Assembly: GCA_043800345.1 (NCBI GenBank)
Contig: JAZDNB010000022.1
Coordinates: 1 to 57,673, forward strand
DNA: 57,673 bases
Direction: 5' to 3'
Source of the DNA: Candidatus Omnitrophota bacterium
Lineage (GTDB): Bacteria > Omnitrophota > Gorgyraeia > VGKN01
Position numbers and translations under genes: made by a program. A model generated the notes under the pieces. It worked only from the letters and a program-made list of their open reading frames with translations. It made no database searches and had not been told where the DNA came from. Positions 8,978-18,916 of this stretch are shown piece by piece. Within the stretch, counting starts at the first letter, position 1, and every line of letters begins with the position of its first letter.

Positions 8978-10048
8978 TCAGAGCATCCCTGCTAGTTCTT
9001 TTATTGCCAACATAAATACCGCCAGTATCGCATTATGAATGACATGCACGGTTATCGAGGGGATGAGCGAACCTGATTTTTCATAGAGATACACAAGCAG
9101 AAGCCCGAGTACCATTATGGGGAAAAATCCTACTATGTTGGCATGAAGCGAGGCAAACACCGCTGAGGTGATGAGCGCAGAAGTAAGAGCCCCCCATTTC
9201 TTTTTAAGCGCACCATAGGCAAAACCTCTAAAAAATATTTCCTCCGCTATCGGGCCTATGATAGAAATCAGCACGATAAGATAGGTCAATACCATGGTCC
9301 TTTTTTCTTCAAAAAATATCTCAAATATCGGTTGCGGTTGGGGTTTGTAATGAAACAGGTTCACAAAAATAATGACTAGTATGAATACAAAAATAAGGAT
9401 CGGGATAAAGCTGATATAGCCTACGATACCTGTCAATACCGCCTTGAGAAAATTTTTAACGGTAATGCCGAGAGCGCGCAGCGTGTGCTTATACTTTACA
9501 CGTACAAAATACAGTATGACAAAAATTAAAATAATATCAACGAGCGCGGTATTGATAAGGGCAAAAAGATTACCGTCAAAAACCTTTATCCTAAACAGCC
9601 AAAAAGAAAACGCCTCGACGATATGGATGCTGTAACCGAAGAATAAAAATAGCACGGCGATCTTAAGGATATCGCCCACACCCCACGCTGGCGTTTCGTT
9701 ATCTTCGATAAATGGCCTGATAAGCCGTTTGCCTGACATCTTTTGACCCATGCAGTATATAAGCAGGCCTAACCCAAACAAAAACGATAGCACAGTGCCT
9801 ATAATAAAGAAGAAAATCATCCTTACCGCAAACGAATTTTCTTTTTTCGATAAACTCTCCAAAAGTTTTTCCCGGATTTTAAGGTCATCCTCGAGAATGC
9901 TCAACCGGGAGGACTCTGCCTTCGGGGAAGATTTTGGCTGGAATTTTCTCTCGCTATACGTAAAAACGAGCTGCACAGCTAGAAGAAACAACGCAATAAT
10001 GACATAAATCCGCTGTCTTTTTATAAAGGAAAATAGTGTGCGTATCAT
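8978..10048 (-). CDS. CPBP (Abi/CAAX) family intramembrane glutamic protease
   Basis: Multiple TM helices; EEIFFRG, FASLH, HVIHN motifs. Confidence 0.9.
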   Translation of the reverse strand: MIRTLFSFIKRQRIYVIIALFLLAVQLVFTYSERKFQPKSSPKAESSRLSILEDDLKIREKLLESLSKKENSFAVRMIFFFIIGTVLSFLFGLGLLIYCMGQKMSGKRLIRPFIEDNETPAWGVGDILKIAVLFLFFGYSIHIVEAFSFWLFRIKVFDGNLFALINTALVDIILIFVILYFVRVKYKHTLRALGITVKNFLKAVLTGIVGYISFIPILIFVFILVIIFVNLFHYKPQPQPIFEIFFEEKRTMVLTYLIVLISIIGPIAEEIFFRGFAYGALKKKWGALTSALITSAVFASLHANIVGFFPIMVLGLLLVYLYEKSGSLIPSITVHVIHNAILAVFMLAIKELAGML

Positions 10049-10051
10049 ACG

Positions 10052-11428
10052 CTATCCGACTACGTTAAGATGCCTTTTTCTAAAACCGACCCCGAGCTCT
10101 TTTGCCAATTCCTCGCATTTTTTTATATCTACCACCTGTGGCATATCAATACAGCTTATGGATACCTTTGGCAGGACCTTTTTACATTCAAGGATAAATT
10201 CTATTATTTTGTTAAATGTCTCGGGACCAAACTGGGGCTTGCAAATCTCAAAATACGTCCGGGCGTCTGCGGCATTTAAACTCACGCATACCTCATCGAC
10301 GAGACCTGCGAGCTCCTTGGCAACGGACCTGTTATGTATAAGATTACCGTGGCCATTCGTGTCTATCCTGATATATACGCCCTGTGCTTTAAGCAGCCTC
10401 GCCGTCTCTACAATAATGTCTAATCTTAAAAACGGTTCCCCGAACCCGCAGAATACTATTTCTTTGTACGGGCTGGATTTGCCGACCGCTTCTATTAATT
10501 CATGCGCATCCGGTTCACGAAGCAGTCTTAAGTTATGGCCTTTCACAAAGTCGGTAAAATTCCTTACGCAAAAATCGCAGTTATCCGTGCACCTATTGGT
10601 AAGATTAAGGTAAAGGGAATCTCTGATTTTATATGCGATTTTATTTTGGACGAGCTCTTCGTCTTGTAAACCAAAAAAATGAACCGCATTAAGGCTGGTT
10701 ATCCGCGCTACGTCCTCAAACGAAAGCCCGTATATATCGGCGATTGTCCTGCATAAATGTACAAGATACGAGGGTTCGTTGCGCCTGCCGCGAAAGTCCT
10801 GAGGAGGCAGATAGGGGGCATCGGTCTCAAGCATAAGCCGCTCAGGCGGGGTCTCTTTTAAAACCGTTCTTAATTCATAGGCATTCTTATAGGTGAGATT
10901 ACAGGTAAAGGAAACAAAAAAACCCATATCCAGGCATTGTTTCAAATATGTCTCGCTATTTGAGAAACAGTGAAGCACTACTTTTTTTACGCGCGCTTCT
11001 TTTAATATGGCAAGCGTATCTTCCCCTGCATCGCGCGAATGTATGATAAGCGGGAGCGATAATTCCTTTGCTAGTTCGATAAATGCATGAAAAGCTCTTG
11101 TTTGGTCTTCTTTTTTTGATTCATTTCTAAAATAATCCAGCCCTACCTCTCCTACCGCCACCACCTTTGAGGAAGCGCTGCGTGCTTTTTCCTTAAGAAA
11201 TGCAACGAGCCCGCTATCTACCGTTGATGCATGGTGGGGGTGCACACCGATGGTTGCAAATACATTCTCATACGTACTGGCAAGCTCTAAAGAGCGCAGG
11301 CTCCCTTCTTTTGAACTTCCAATATTTATTATATATCTAATGCCTGCCTCGCTTGCACGCCGCAGGACCTCGTCTCTGTCTAAATTAAACTCTTCAAAAT
11401 CCAAGTGACAATGGGTATCTATAAGCAT
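10052..11428 (-). CDS. tatD: TatD-family hydrolase fused to a TatD-associated radical SAM domain
   Basis: DTHCH, GVHPH, GEVGLD, ETDAPYL, then YLNLTNRCTDNCDFC (CxxxCxxC), FCGFGEP, DTNG. Confidence 0.9.
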   Translation of the reverse strand: MLIDTHCHLDFEEFNLDRDEVLRRASEAGIRYIINIGSSKEGSLRSLELASTYENVFATIGVHPHHASTVDSGLVAFLKEKARSASSKVVAVGEVGLDYFRNESKKEDQTRAFHAFIELAKELSLPLIIHSRDAGEDTLAILKEARVKKVVLHCFSNSETYLKQCLDMGFFVSFTCNLTYKNAYELRTVLKETPPERLMLETDAPYLPPQDFRGRRNEPSYLVHLCRTIADIYGLSFEDVARITSLNAVHFFGLQDEELVQNKIAYKIRDSLYLNLTNRCTDNCDFCVRNFTDFVKGHNLRLLREPDAHELIEAVGKSSPYKEIVFCGFGEPFLRLDIIVETARLLKAQGVYIRIDTNGHGNLIHNRSVAKELAGLVDEVCVSLNAADARTYFEICKPQFGPETFNKIIEFILECKKVLPKVSISCIDMPQVVDIKKCEELAKELGVGFRKRHLNVVG

Positions 11429-11509
11429 ATAGCCTCTATGAGAAAAAACTCTTCCTTCATCCGGGCACCCGTTTCGAAAAAAATATGGCGCGGATGTGTA
11501 GAGTAGGCA

Positions 11510-12673
11510 TCATTTTACAAGGGGGGACATTTTTCGCAGTTTCGTAACTATCTTCGGTATCACCTCGATGCAATAATCAATATCCTCTTCGGTATTGGCT
11601 TCGCCTAAAGAAAAACGCACAGAACCCTGCGCTATTACCGTATCCACCCCCATTGCCATAAGTACATGGGAAGGTTCAAGGCTGCCTGACGTGCACGCAG
11701 AACCGGTAGAAACGCATATTCCCTTCATATCAAAATTTAACAGTAATGCTTCTCCCTCTACATATGCAAATCCCAAGTCAAGCGTATTGGCAAGCCTGAG
11801 TTCGGGATGGCCGTTTAGATAAATATCGTCTATGTTCTTACGTAAGCCCTTATGGAGCCTGTCTCTTAAAAGCTGGACGGCTTTAGATTTTTCCGGATAA
11901 CCACTTTTAAGAATCTCAACCGCCCGGGCAAAACCTACTATTCCCGCAACATTTTCTGTCCCGGCCCGCAGGTTTCTTTCGTGATGCCCGCCGTGCAGAA
12001 AAGGTTCTATCTTTACCCCTTTCCTTATATATAAGGCACCTACACCTTTCGGTCCGTATATCTTATGCGCAGACACCGATAGCAGGTCAACACCAAGCTC
12101 CTCAACGCCGGTAGAAATTTTACAGAAACTTTGGACCGCATCAGTATGAACATATGCGCCTTTTTCTCTGGCGATTCTGGCTATTTCTTTTATCGGCTGT
12201 ATCGTCCCAACTTCGTTATTTGCATGCATGATACTCACAAGACTTGTCTTATCGGTTATCGCATCCTTGATCTGATTGACGTCCACTACGCCATACTTAT
12301 CCACGTCCACATAGGTAACCCTGAACCCTTTTTTTTCCAAATATTTGCAGGTTGAAAGCACGGCAGAATGTTCAATCTTAGAGGTAACGATATGGTCTCG
12401 TCCCGAATCTTTGTTTCTGTAAAGAACGCCCTTAAGAGCAAAATTATCCGATTCGGTCCCGCCGGATGTAAAAATTATATCTTCGGGCTCTGTACCTAAA
12501 AAATCTCCCATAATCTCGCGTGATGCATCTACCGCGTTCCTTGCCTCTCTTCCTTTCTCGTACAGGCTCGATGCATTACCATAATCGCCTTTGTAAAAAG
12601 GCATCATCGCCTTTAGGACTTCCGGATGTATCGGGGTCGTTGCATTATGATCAAGATAAATTACTTTCTTCAT
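11510..12673 (-). CDS. iscS: Cysteine desulfurase (IscS/NifS)
   Basis: YLDHNATTP, SGGTESDN, NNEVG, SAHKIYGPKG, STGSACTS. Start moved to ATG 12673 (GGAGG 7 nt upstream). Confidence 0.93.
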   Translation of the reverse strand: MKKVIYLDHNATTPIHPEVLKAMMPFYKGDYGNASSLYEKGREARNAVDASREIMGDFLGTEPEDIIFTSGGTESDNFALKGVLYRNKDSGRDHIVTSKIEHSAVLSTCKYLEKKGFRVTYVDVDKYGVVDVNQIKDAITDKTSLVSIMHANNEVGTIQPIKEIARIAREKGAYVHTDAVQSFCKISTGVEELGVDLLSVSAHKIYGPKGVGALYIRKGVKIEPFLHGGHHERNLRAGTENVAGIVGFARAVEILKSGYPEKSKAVQLLRDRLHKGLRKNIDDIYLNGHPELRLANTLDLGFAYVEGEALLLNFDMKGICVSTGSACTSGSLEPSHVLMAMGVDTVIAQGSVRFSLGEANTEEDIDYCIEVIPKIVTKLRKMSPLVK

Positions 12674-12702
12674 ATACATGCCTCCGTACAAATGTTATTA
12701 GC

Positions 12703-13260
12703 TTAAAATTTTACCTCGGGAACTGCCTGTGCCTTTTCTTCGGCTTTAAAATATTCAGTGGCAACTTTATAGCCGAACATACCCGCAATAACATTACCGG
12801 GGAACGTCCGTACTGTAACATTATAATCCCGCACCGCTTCGTTATAACGCATCCTCTCAACCGCAATACGATTTTCCGTTCCCGATAACTCATCCATAAG
12901 CCTGAGGAATGTCCCATCCGCCTTTAGGTTTGGATAATTTTCCACCACCAAAAGCAGTCTCGCAAGCGCAGCATCCACTCCTGAGGCAGCTTTCAGTTTT
13001 TCTTCCACAGTACCCGCTTTTGCCCACTGGGAACGCGCATTTGTTATATCTTCAAACACCGTCTTTTCATGAGCTGCATAACCCTTAACGGAATTTACCA
13101 AATTCGGGATTAAGTCATTTCGCCTCTGCAGCTGATTTTCTACCTGTGCCCATTTGGCGGTAATAGTTTCGTGTTTTGAAACAATTCCGTTATAGGTCGA
13201 AACAAACGATACGAGTATCGCTACGGTAATAATTACTATACCTATTAAAAATTTTTTCAT
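12703..13260 (-). CDS. lemA: LemA family protein
   Basis: N-terminal TM, QRRNDLIPNLV, ENYPNLKA, TENRIAVER..YN, FPGN. Confidence 0.95.
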   Translation of the reverse strand: MKKFLIGIVIITVAILVSFVSTYNGIVSKHETITAKWAQVENQLQRRNDLIPNLVNSVKGYAAHEKTVFEDITNARSQWAKAGTVEEKLKAASGVDAALARLLLVVENYPNLKADGTFLRLMDELSGTENRIAVERMRYNEAVRDYNVTVRTFPGNVIAGMFGYKVATEYFKAEEKAQAVPEVKF

Positions 13261-13284
13261 GCAATAACCTCCTTATGTATCATG

Positions 13285-14157
13285 TTAAAAACCTCCTCCT
13301 GCGCCACCGCCACCGCCTCCTCCGCCGCCACCGCCGAAACCGCCGCCTCCGAAGCCACCGCTACTTGAGCCGCCACCTGAATAAGCCCCCCCGTATGTCT
13401 GCGGACCAAAAAAACTTTTTCTTTTGTCCGGCGGGAGCTTATGCCAAAAATTATACCTTACCAGCATCGAAGCAATATAGCCGGCTATAACCAGGATCCC
13501 GGCAAACGGTGTAACCTGATAGAGAGAAGCGGCAAAGATAAGACTGACCGGCAGTCCGATAAGTACCGGCCAGGGCAAATTCCAGATAAAGAAAAAAAGG
13601 AAAGCAAAAAAATAAAGAAAAATAGACTCATTCTGATTCTGTTTTTTTATTGTTACGGCTTTTAAACTACTGATTTCAGCCTTAGCATTCTGCGAAATTA
13701 CTTTGGCGATGGCCGCTACCCCGTAATAAATACCTTTGCTATAGTCACCCGTCTTTAAATAGGGGACTATATAACTACGGCCTATTTCTCCGCAAAGGCC
13801 ATCGGGCAAAACCCCCTCTACGCCATAACCGGTTTCAATACGCCACCGCCTCTCTTTGATTGCCACAAGTACCAGAACGCCGTTATCTTTGTCTTTTTTT
13901 CCGGGTTTCCACGTGTCAAAGAGCCCTCTTGCATAAGCCTTCTCGTCATATGGGGCAATTGACGTCACGGTTGCTACAAAAATTTCTGCCGTGGTCTTTT
14001 GCTCTACCTCATCGATAAGAGAGGTTAGTTTATTTTTATACTCGGGACTAATAACCCCGGCAAAATCATTAACCCAACCTGCGGGACGAGGTGTATTTTC
14101 CGCATAGGCCAATAAAGACGACAATAAAAAAACACATAAAAAGCAAACTTTTCGCAT
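13285..14157 (-). CDS. TPM-domain membrane protein (YgcG-like) with Gly-rich tail
   Basis: Signal peptide, VNDFAG, DNGVLVLVA..ER..RIETGYGVEG.LPD, TM block, GGFGGGGFGGG...GAGGGF end. Confidence 0.92.
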   Translation of the reverse strand: MRKVCFLCVFLLSSLLAYAENTPRPAGWVNDFAGVISPEYKNKLTSLIDEVEQKTTAEIFVATVTSIAPYDEKAYARGLFDTWKPGKKDKDNGVLVLVAIKERRWRIETGYGVEGVLPDGLCGEIGRSYIVPYLKTGDYSKGIYYGVAAIAKVISQNAKAEISSLKAVTIKKQNQNESIFLYFFAFLFFFIWNLPWPVLIGLPVSLIFAASLYQVTPFAGILVIAGYIASMLVRYNFWHKLPPDKRKSFFGPQTYGGAYSGGGSSSGGFGGGGFGGGGGGGGGGGAGGGF

Positions 14158-14888
14158 TATGAAAGCTTATCTACTAGATCGACTATTTTCTCCAAATCTT
14201 TAGCAAACGTAACAAATAATTTCTCTGTTTCTCTTGTGTTTACTTTTATCTGTTTATTTTTTATGTCTAGAATCGTCTCCCATGCGCTTTTATTAATCGG
14301 AAACTCCAGGGCGACTTCTTTGAGAATATCCTGTCTTAGATAAGGGGGCTGTTTTCCCTTTATTCGTAACACGTTCCTTAAGATATGCGCTATTGAGGTA
14401 AAGGATTTTAGTAATACATTTGAGAGCGCATATTTATCCCTGGCTTTCTTTACATATAATTGTTTTAATGCAATCAGCTTTACCTTCAGCTCCTGCTCAC
14501 ACTGAAACCTTAAGTGTTTCATATCAACAGAGATGTCCTTAAGAACATCCCTGCCTTGCAAAACTGTATAGTTCTCTTTCATGTCCAAAAACTCGATAGG
14601 AAAAACATCGTGAGAGCTCTTTATGTATGCTTCGCTAAAGAAAAGAGGAGCGATCATCCTAAATTTAAATTTATTAACCGCGGGGGAGACCTTTTTTAAA
14701 TTTTCCAAATCGGCATTTTTTAAGACCACAAGAAGATTTACATCGGAATGCCTATGAACATACTCACCACTTGCAGCGCTTCCGTAGAGAATAACGCATA
14801 TAAGCTCTTTTTCATAAATGCTCTCTAACGTATGAATAAACTCCGTAAGTACACTTTTAATTTTTGAAGATACTTGTATGTGTTCCAT
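14157..14888 (-). CDS. Pol-beta-superfamily nucleotidyltransferase-domain protein
   Basis: VILYGSAASGEY...SDVNLLVVL, followed by a helical C-terminal domain; stop overlaps the TPM gene start. Confidence 0.75.
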   Translation of the reverse strand: MEHIQVSSKIKSVLTEFIHTLESIYEKELICVILYGSAASGEYVHRHSDVNLLVVLKNADLENLKKVSPAVNKFKFRMIAPLFFSEAYIKSSHDVFPIEFLDMKENYTVLQGRDVLKDISVDMKHLRFQCEQELKVKLIALKQLYVKKARDKYALSNVLLKSFTSIAHILRNVLRIKGKQPPYLRQDILKEVALEFPINKSAWETILDIKNKQIKVNTRETEKLFVTFAKDLEKIVDLVDKLS

Positions 14889-14905
14889 ATATCACATCCT
14901 TTGTA

Positions 14906-16426
14906 TTATTCTATCCTTGGAAAGAGCGGAATAGCCTTATTGACGGAGGTATGAGCCTGCGTAAGTCCCCACTCCTGCAACTGAGAGAATATAACGCCTT
15001 CTTTTAGGCCAAGCTGATGGCGCATATTGCCGGCGGTAGAAGGCAAGAATGGCCAGATTGCTACACTCACCATCCTCAGCACCTCAGCAAGATTGTAGAG
15101 CACCGTGCTCAGTCTTTTATCTTTCTCTTTTGCCAATACCCAGGGTTTTGAATCTTCTATATATTTATTTGCACTATTGATGAGTTCCCATAAAAAAGAA
15201 AGCGCCTCACTTATTCTTACATCTTCTACTGCTTCATCATACGGTTTCCACAGCTTGATCGCCTTTTGTTTTAAACATGCATCATCTTCATTTTCCTGTC
15301 CCGGCTCGGGGATCTTCCCGTTAAAATATAATCCTATCATACCCAAGGTCCGGTTTAACAGATTTCCGAAGTCATTTGCCAAATCACTATTTATACGTTT
15401 TTTCAGCTGCTCCTCTGAAAAAACCCCGTCAAGCCCCACAGGCACTTCCCGTAAAAGAAAATATCGGTAGGCATCTACCCCATACTGGCTTATCATGACG
15501 AGAGGGTCCATAATATTGCCTCTTGATTTGGACATTTTTTCACCTTCCTGGAGCCACCAGCCATGCGCAAAAACTGTCTTCGGCATATCCAGCCCGAGTG
15601 CCTTAAGCATGATAGGCCAATAAACGCTATGAGGTCTTAGTATGTCTTTTCCTATCATATGGATATCTGCGGGCCAGAATTTTGAAAATTTGTCTTGGTC
15701 CGATAAAAAACCTGCGCCGCTTACATAATTTATAAGCGCATCAAACCATACATAGGTCACGTGGTCGCTACTAAAAGGGATCTCGATACCCCATGCGAGG
15801 CGAGATTTCGGCCTTGAGATACAAAGGTCCTGAAGCGGTTCTTTAAGAAAACTCAAGCTCTCATTTGCCCTAAACGTAGGGAGTATAAATTTTGGATGTT
15901 GTTTAATATACTCAATGAGCCAGCCTTGGTATTTTGAGAGTCTAAAAAAATAATTTTTTTCTGAAATTTCCTCGGTTGGCCTTTTGCAGTCAGGACAGAG
16001 CTGATCCGTAAGCTGTAGCTTTGTCCAAAATGTTTCGCACGGCGTACAGTAAAAACCCCTGTAATCCCCAAGATATAAATCTTCCTTTTCATATAATATA
16101 CGCAGTATTTCCTGCACTACCTGCTCATGGCGACGCTCCGTCGTTCGTATAAAATCATCGTAGGAGATATGTAAACTCTGCCAGAGTTCTTTAAATTTTG
16201 GAACGAGACCGTCAACAAACTGCTGGGGGGAAAGGTTACTTTTTTCGGCTGCCTGCTTGACCTTAAGGCCGTGTTCGTCCGTCCCCGTCAAGAAAAAGAC
16301 CTCGCATCCTTTCATCCTCTTATATCTCGCTAAGGAATCTACTATGATAGTAGTATACGAATGCCCGATGTGCGGAGAGGCATTGACATAATAAATAGGC
16401 GTGGTAATGTAAAATTTTTCTGGCAT
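14906..16426 (-). CDS. metG: Methionyl-tRNA synthetase (short form)
   Basis: YITTPIYY, HIGH, GTDEHG, CTPC/CPDC zinc knuckle, YVWFDAL, KMSKS; no C-terminal OB domain. Confidence 0.97.
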   Translation of the reverse strand: MPEKFYITTPIYYVNASPHIGHSYTTIIVDSLARYKRMKGCEVFFLTGTDEHGLKVKQAAEKSNLSPQQFVDGLVPKFKELWQSLHISYDDFIRTTERRHEQVVQEILRILYEKEDLYLGDYRGFYCTPCETFWTKLQLTDQLCPDCKRPTEEISEKNYFFRLSKYQGWLIEYIKQHPKFILPTFRANESLSFLKEPLQDLCISRPKSRLAWGIEIPFSSDHVTYVWFDALINYVSGAGFLSDQDKFSKFWPADIHMIGKDILRPHSVYWPIMLKALGLDMPKTVFAHGWWLQEGEKMSKSRGNIMDPLVMISQYGVDAYRYFLLREVPVGLDGVFSEEQLKKRINSDLANDFGNLLNRTLGMIGLYFNGKIPEPGQENEDDACLKQKAIKLWKPYDEAVEDVRISEALSFLWELINSANKYIEDSKPWVLAKEKDKRLSTVLYNLAEVLRMVSVAIWPFLPSTAGNMRHQLGLKEGVIFSQLQEWGLTQAHTSVNKAIPLFPRIE

Positions 16427-16446
16427 CTGAATATACCTATCTCAGG

Positions 16447-17232
16447 CTATTTCTTAACCTCGATCTCTTTTTGGTAGCCTTCTTCAAATTCAACGGTAAT
16501 TGTCCTTTTTAACGGGTTTACGTTTATGACTTTACCGTGGCCTTCTTTAGATTTATATGCAGAACCTATCTTGGGCATATCTTTAAGCATCTCATGATAT
16601 ACTCCGAATTCATATCCCAGGCAACACATAAGCCTTCCGCAAACACCCGAAATCTTTGAGGGATTAAGAGGAAGGTTCTGCTCCTTGGCCATTTTTATAG
16701 TGACCGGTTCAAAATCCTTAAGAAATTTTGCACAACAGAGTGCTCTCCCGCAACAGCCAAACCCGCCCAAAAGTTTAGCCTCATCCCTTACCCCAATCTG
16801 TTTCAGTTCTATCCTGGTCTTAAAGGTATGCGCCAGGTCTTTTGCCAGGTCCCTGAAATCAATCCGTTCTTCCGAGGTAAAATAGAATATCAGTTTCGAC
16901 CTGTCAAAAGTATACTCCACCTCGACAAGCTTCATATTAAGATTTCTTTCCTGGATTTTTTTACCGCAGGTATCATATATCTCTTTTAATTTATTTTTAT
17001 TTTCTTGAATCATAGTTACATCCTCTCTCGTTGCGATACGCGCTATCTTTTTTAATACCTCATCCTTGGGGGAATCTTCGATCACCTCTATTTCGGATAT
17101 CACCTCTCCGTAATCAAGGCCGTATTCCATTTCGACGATAACAATTGTTCCTATCTTTAATTTAAAACCTGTCGAATTAAAATATATAATCTTGCCTGCT
17201 TCCCGTAACCTTACCTGGACTACTTCAGTCAT
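16447..17232 (-). CDS. ricT: PSP1-domain protein RicT/YaaT
   Basis: RIDFRDL, RIELKQIGVRDEAK, GCCGRALCC, KISGVCGRLMCCL; canonical position after holB. Confidence 0.9.
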   Translation of the reverse strand: MTEVVQVRLREAGKIIYFNSTGFKLKIGTIVIVEMEYGLDYGEVISEIEVIEDSPKDEVLKKIARIATREDVTMIQENKNKLKEIYDTCGKKIQERNLNMKLVEVEYTFDRSKLIFYFTSEERIDFRDLAKDLAHTFKTRIELKQIGVRDEAKLLGGFGCCGRALCCAKFLKDFEPVTIKMAKEQNLPLNPSKISGVCGRLMCCLGYEFGVYHEMLKDMPKIGSAYKSKEGHGKVINVNPLKRTITVEFEEGYQKEIEVKK

Positions 17233-17233
17233 G

Positions 17234-18247
17234 TTAGTTTAAAATCTCCCTGAATATGTTTAAAAATGCGATTTCCTCATTTGCGTTTTGCGATAATACA
17301 TCTTCGAGTTGCATAAGAAGATGCACTTTTTTATCCAATTCGTCAAATGTATGGACACCGCTAAATCGCTCCAGGTCAACAACCCTGTCAAAGTTAATCA
17401 GACCGGTCTTCTCGCCTATCTTAACCATTATTACGTCTCTAAAAAAACTGAGCAGAATTCTCATGATATCCTTAAATTCAAGCATCTCTTCTTGCTCCGG
17501 AAGGCGGCTATTTTCTTTTTTATACAACTCTTGCAATCTTTCAACGCGCTCAAGGAACGTATGCTTAGCATGCTCCGACAAAAGATAATCTAAGACCCTG
17601 TTTTTCTTTGAAAATATACCGAGCCTCGCGTAGCGTTTGGCCTCACCAAGACTTCCGCAAGAAAAATCGCTTATAAATGCCAAATCCCGTTCTTCTAAAG
17701 TACCCTCACCTGCCAAAATTTCCCTCACCGACATCCGGTTAATCGCATTAAATCGCACCTTTTGACACCTTGATAGCATGGTTGCTTTCAAAAGATACGG
17801 CTTACTACTAATAAGCAGAAAAACGGAATCTCGCTGGGGTTCTTCAAGAATTTTAAGAAGACTGTCTTGTGCCTCAGGGGTGAGTTGGTGGGCATGTTCA
17901 CATACAAATACTTTTTTCTTTGCAGTATACGCTTTTAACGACATAAGATACTGGACGCGTCGTATCGCATCTATAGAAATCGACCCCTCCGGGGTTTCCG
18001 GTTTTATCCATAGGATATCGGCCGTCACCTTATGCTGGATCTCTACGCAACTTGCACACCGGTCGCATGATTCACCGTTCTGCGCTTCGCAGTTTAAGGC
18101 CTTGATAAAATTTTTTGCTGCGTAAGCCTTACCAACACCTTCCGGACCAAAAAATAAGAAACTGCACGCACGTATCTCTTTCTGTCTTAAAAATGCCCTG
18201 AGAAACTTAACCGCTATTTCCTGGGATTTTATATCACGCAGTGCCAT
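17234..18247 (-). CDS. holB: DNA polymerase III subunit delta'
   Basis: GPEGVGK, four-Cys zinc module, AQDSLLKILEEP, SRC motif; follows tmk. Confidence 0.9.
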   Translation of the reverse strand: MALRDIKSQEIAVKFLRAFLRQKEIRACSFLFFGPEGVGKAYAAKNFIKALNCEAQNGESCDRCASCVEIQHKVTADILWIKPETPEGSISIDAIRRVQYLMSLKAYTAKKKVFVCEHAHQLTPEAQDSLLKILEEPQRDSVFLLISSKPYLLKATMLSRCQKVRFNAINRMSVREILAGEGTLEERDLAFISDFSCGSLGEAKRYARLGIFSKKNRVLDYLLSEHAKHTFLERVERLQELYKKENSRLPEQEEMLEFKDIMRILLSFFRDVIMVKIGEKTGLINFDRVVDLERFSGVHTFDELDKKVHLLMQLEDVLSQNANEEIAFLNIFREILN

Positions 18248-18267
18248 TGTATGATAGATAGTGTTTG

Positions 18268-18915
18268 TTATGACTTATTTTTTGCTTTTCTGACGGCATA
18301 TTTGTTAAGACACCGTAAGATAACGCTCCTTACCATTTCCTGCGTATGAGCTATATCCTTTAGGACGGGAACTACCTTTATTCTCTGAGGTTCCCGCCTC
18401 GCTAATGCATGATAACCATTGTATACTTTCTTGTGAAATACCATAGACCTTTTTTCTATCCTGTCGTCCCTTTTAGTTTTTCGTATCCCTGCTTCCGGAT
18501 TTATATCAAGTAAGATTGTCAAATCCGGCATTGTCCCGTCCGTTGCCAGGTTGCCCAAGAACCGAATCATCTTGGTATCCAATCCTAGGCCATAGCCCTG
18601 ATAGGCAATAGATGCATCAAGAAACCTGTCGCAGATGACTATGGCTCCTTTTTTAAGAGCCTGTTTTATGTATTTTTCGACGAGCTGGTTTCTTGCGGCC
18701 ATATAGAGAAAAAGTTCCGTAAGTGCCGACATAGTATTATGTGAGGCATCCAAAAGTATGTGCCTGATTTTTTCTCCGATGAGCGTGCCTCCCGGTTCCC
18801 GTGTATGATACACGTTAAAACCGGACTGTTTCAAAAACGCTGCTAATAGTTTTGAGTGAGTACTCTTACCGCAGCCCTCCGTACCCTCAAACGTTATGAA
18901 TAAACCTTTTTTCAT
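18268..18915 (-). CDS. tmk: Thymidylate kinase
   Basis: FITFEGTEGCGKST, REPGG, CDRF, AYQG. Confidence 0.97.
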   Translation of the reverse strand: MKKGLFITFEGTEGCGKSTHSKLLAAFLKQSGFNVYHTREPGGTLIGEKIRHILLDASHNTMSALTELFLYMAARNQLVEKYIKQALKKGAIVICDRFLDASIAYQGYGLGLDTKMIRFLGNLATDGTMPDLTILLDINPEAGIRKTKRDDRIEKRSMVFHKKVYNGYHALARREPQRIKVVPVLKDIAHTQEMVRSVILRCLNKYAVRKAKNKS

Positions 18916-18916
18916 C

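Noticed and set aside
13288-13395. GGC/GGT low-complexity repeat
   Set aside because: It encodes the normal Gly-rich tail of TPM/YgcG proteins.
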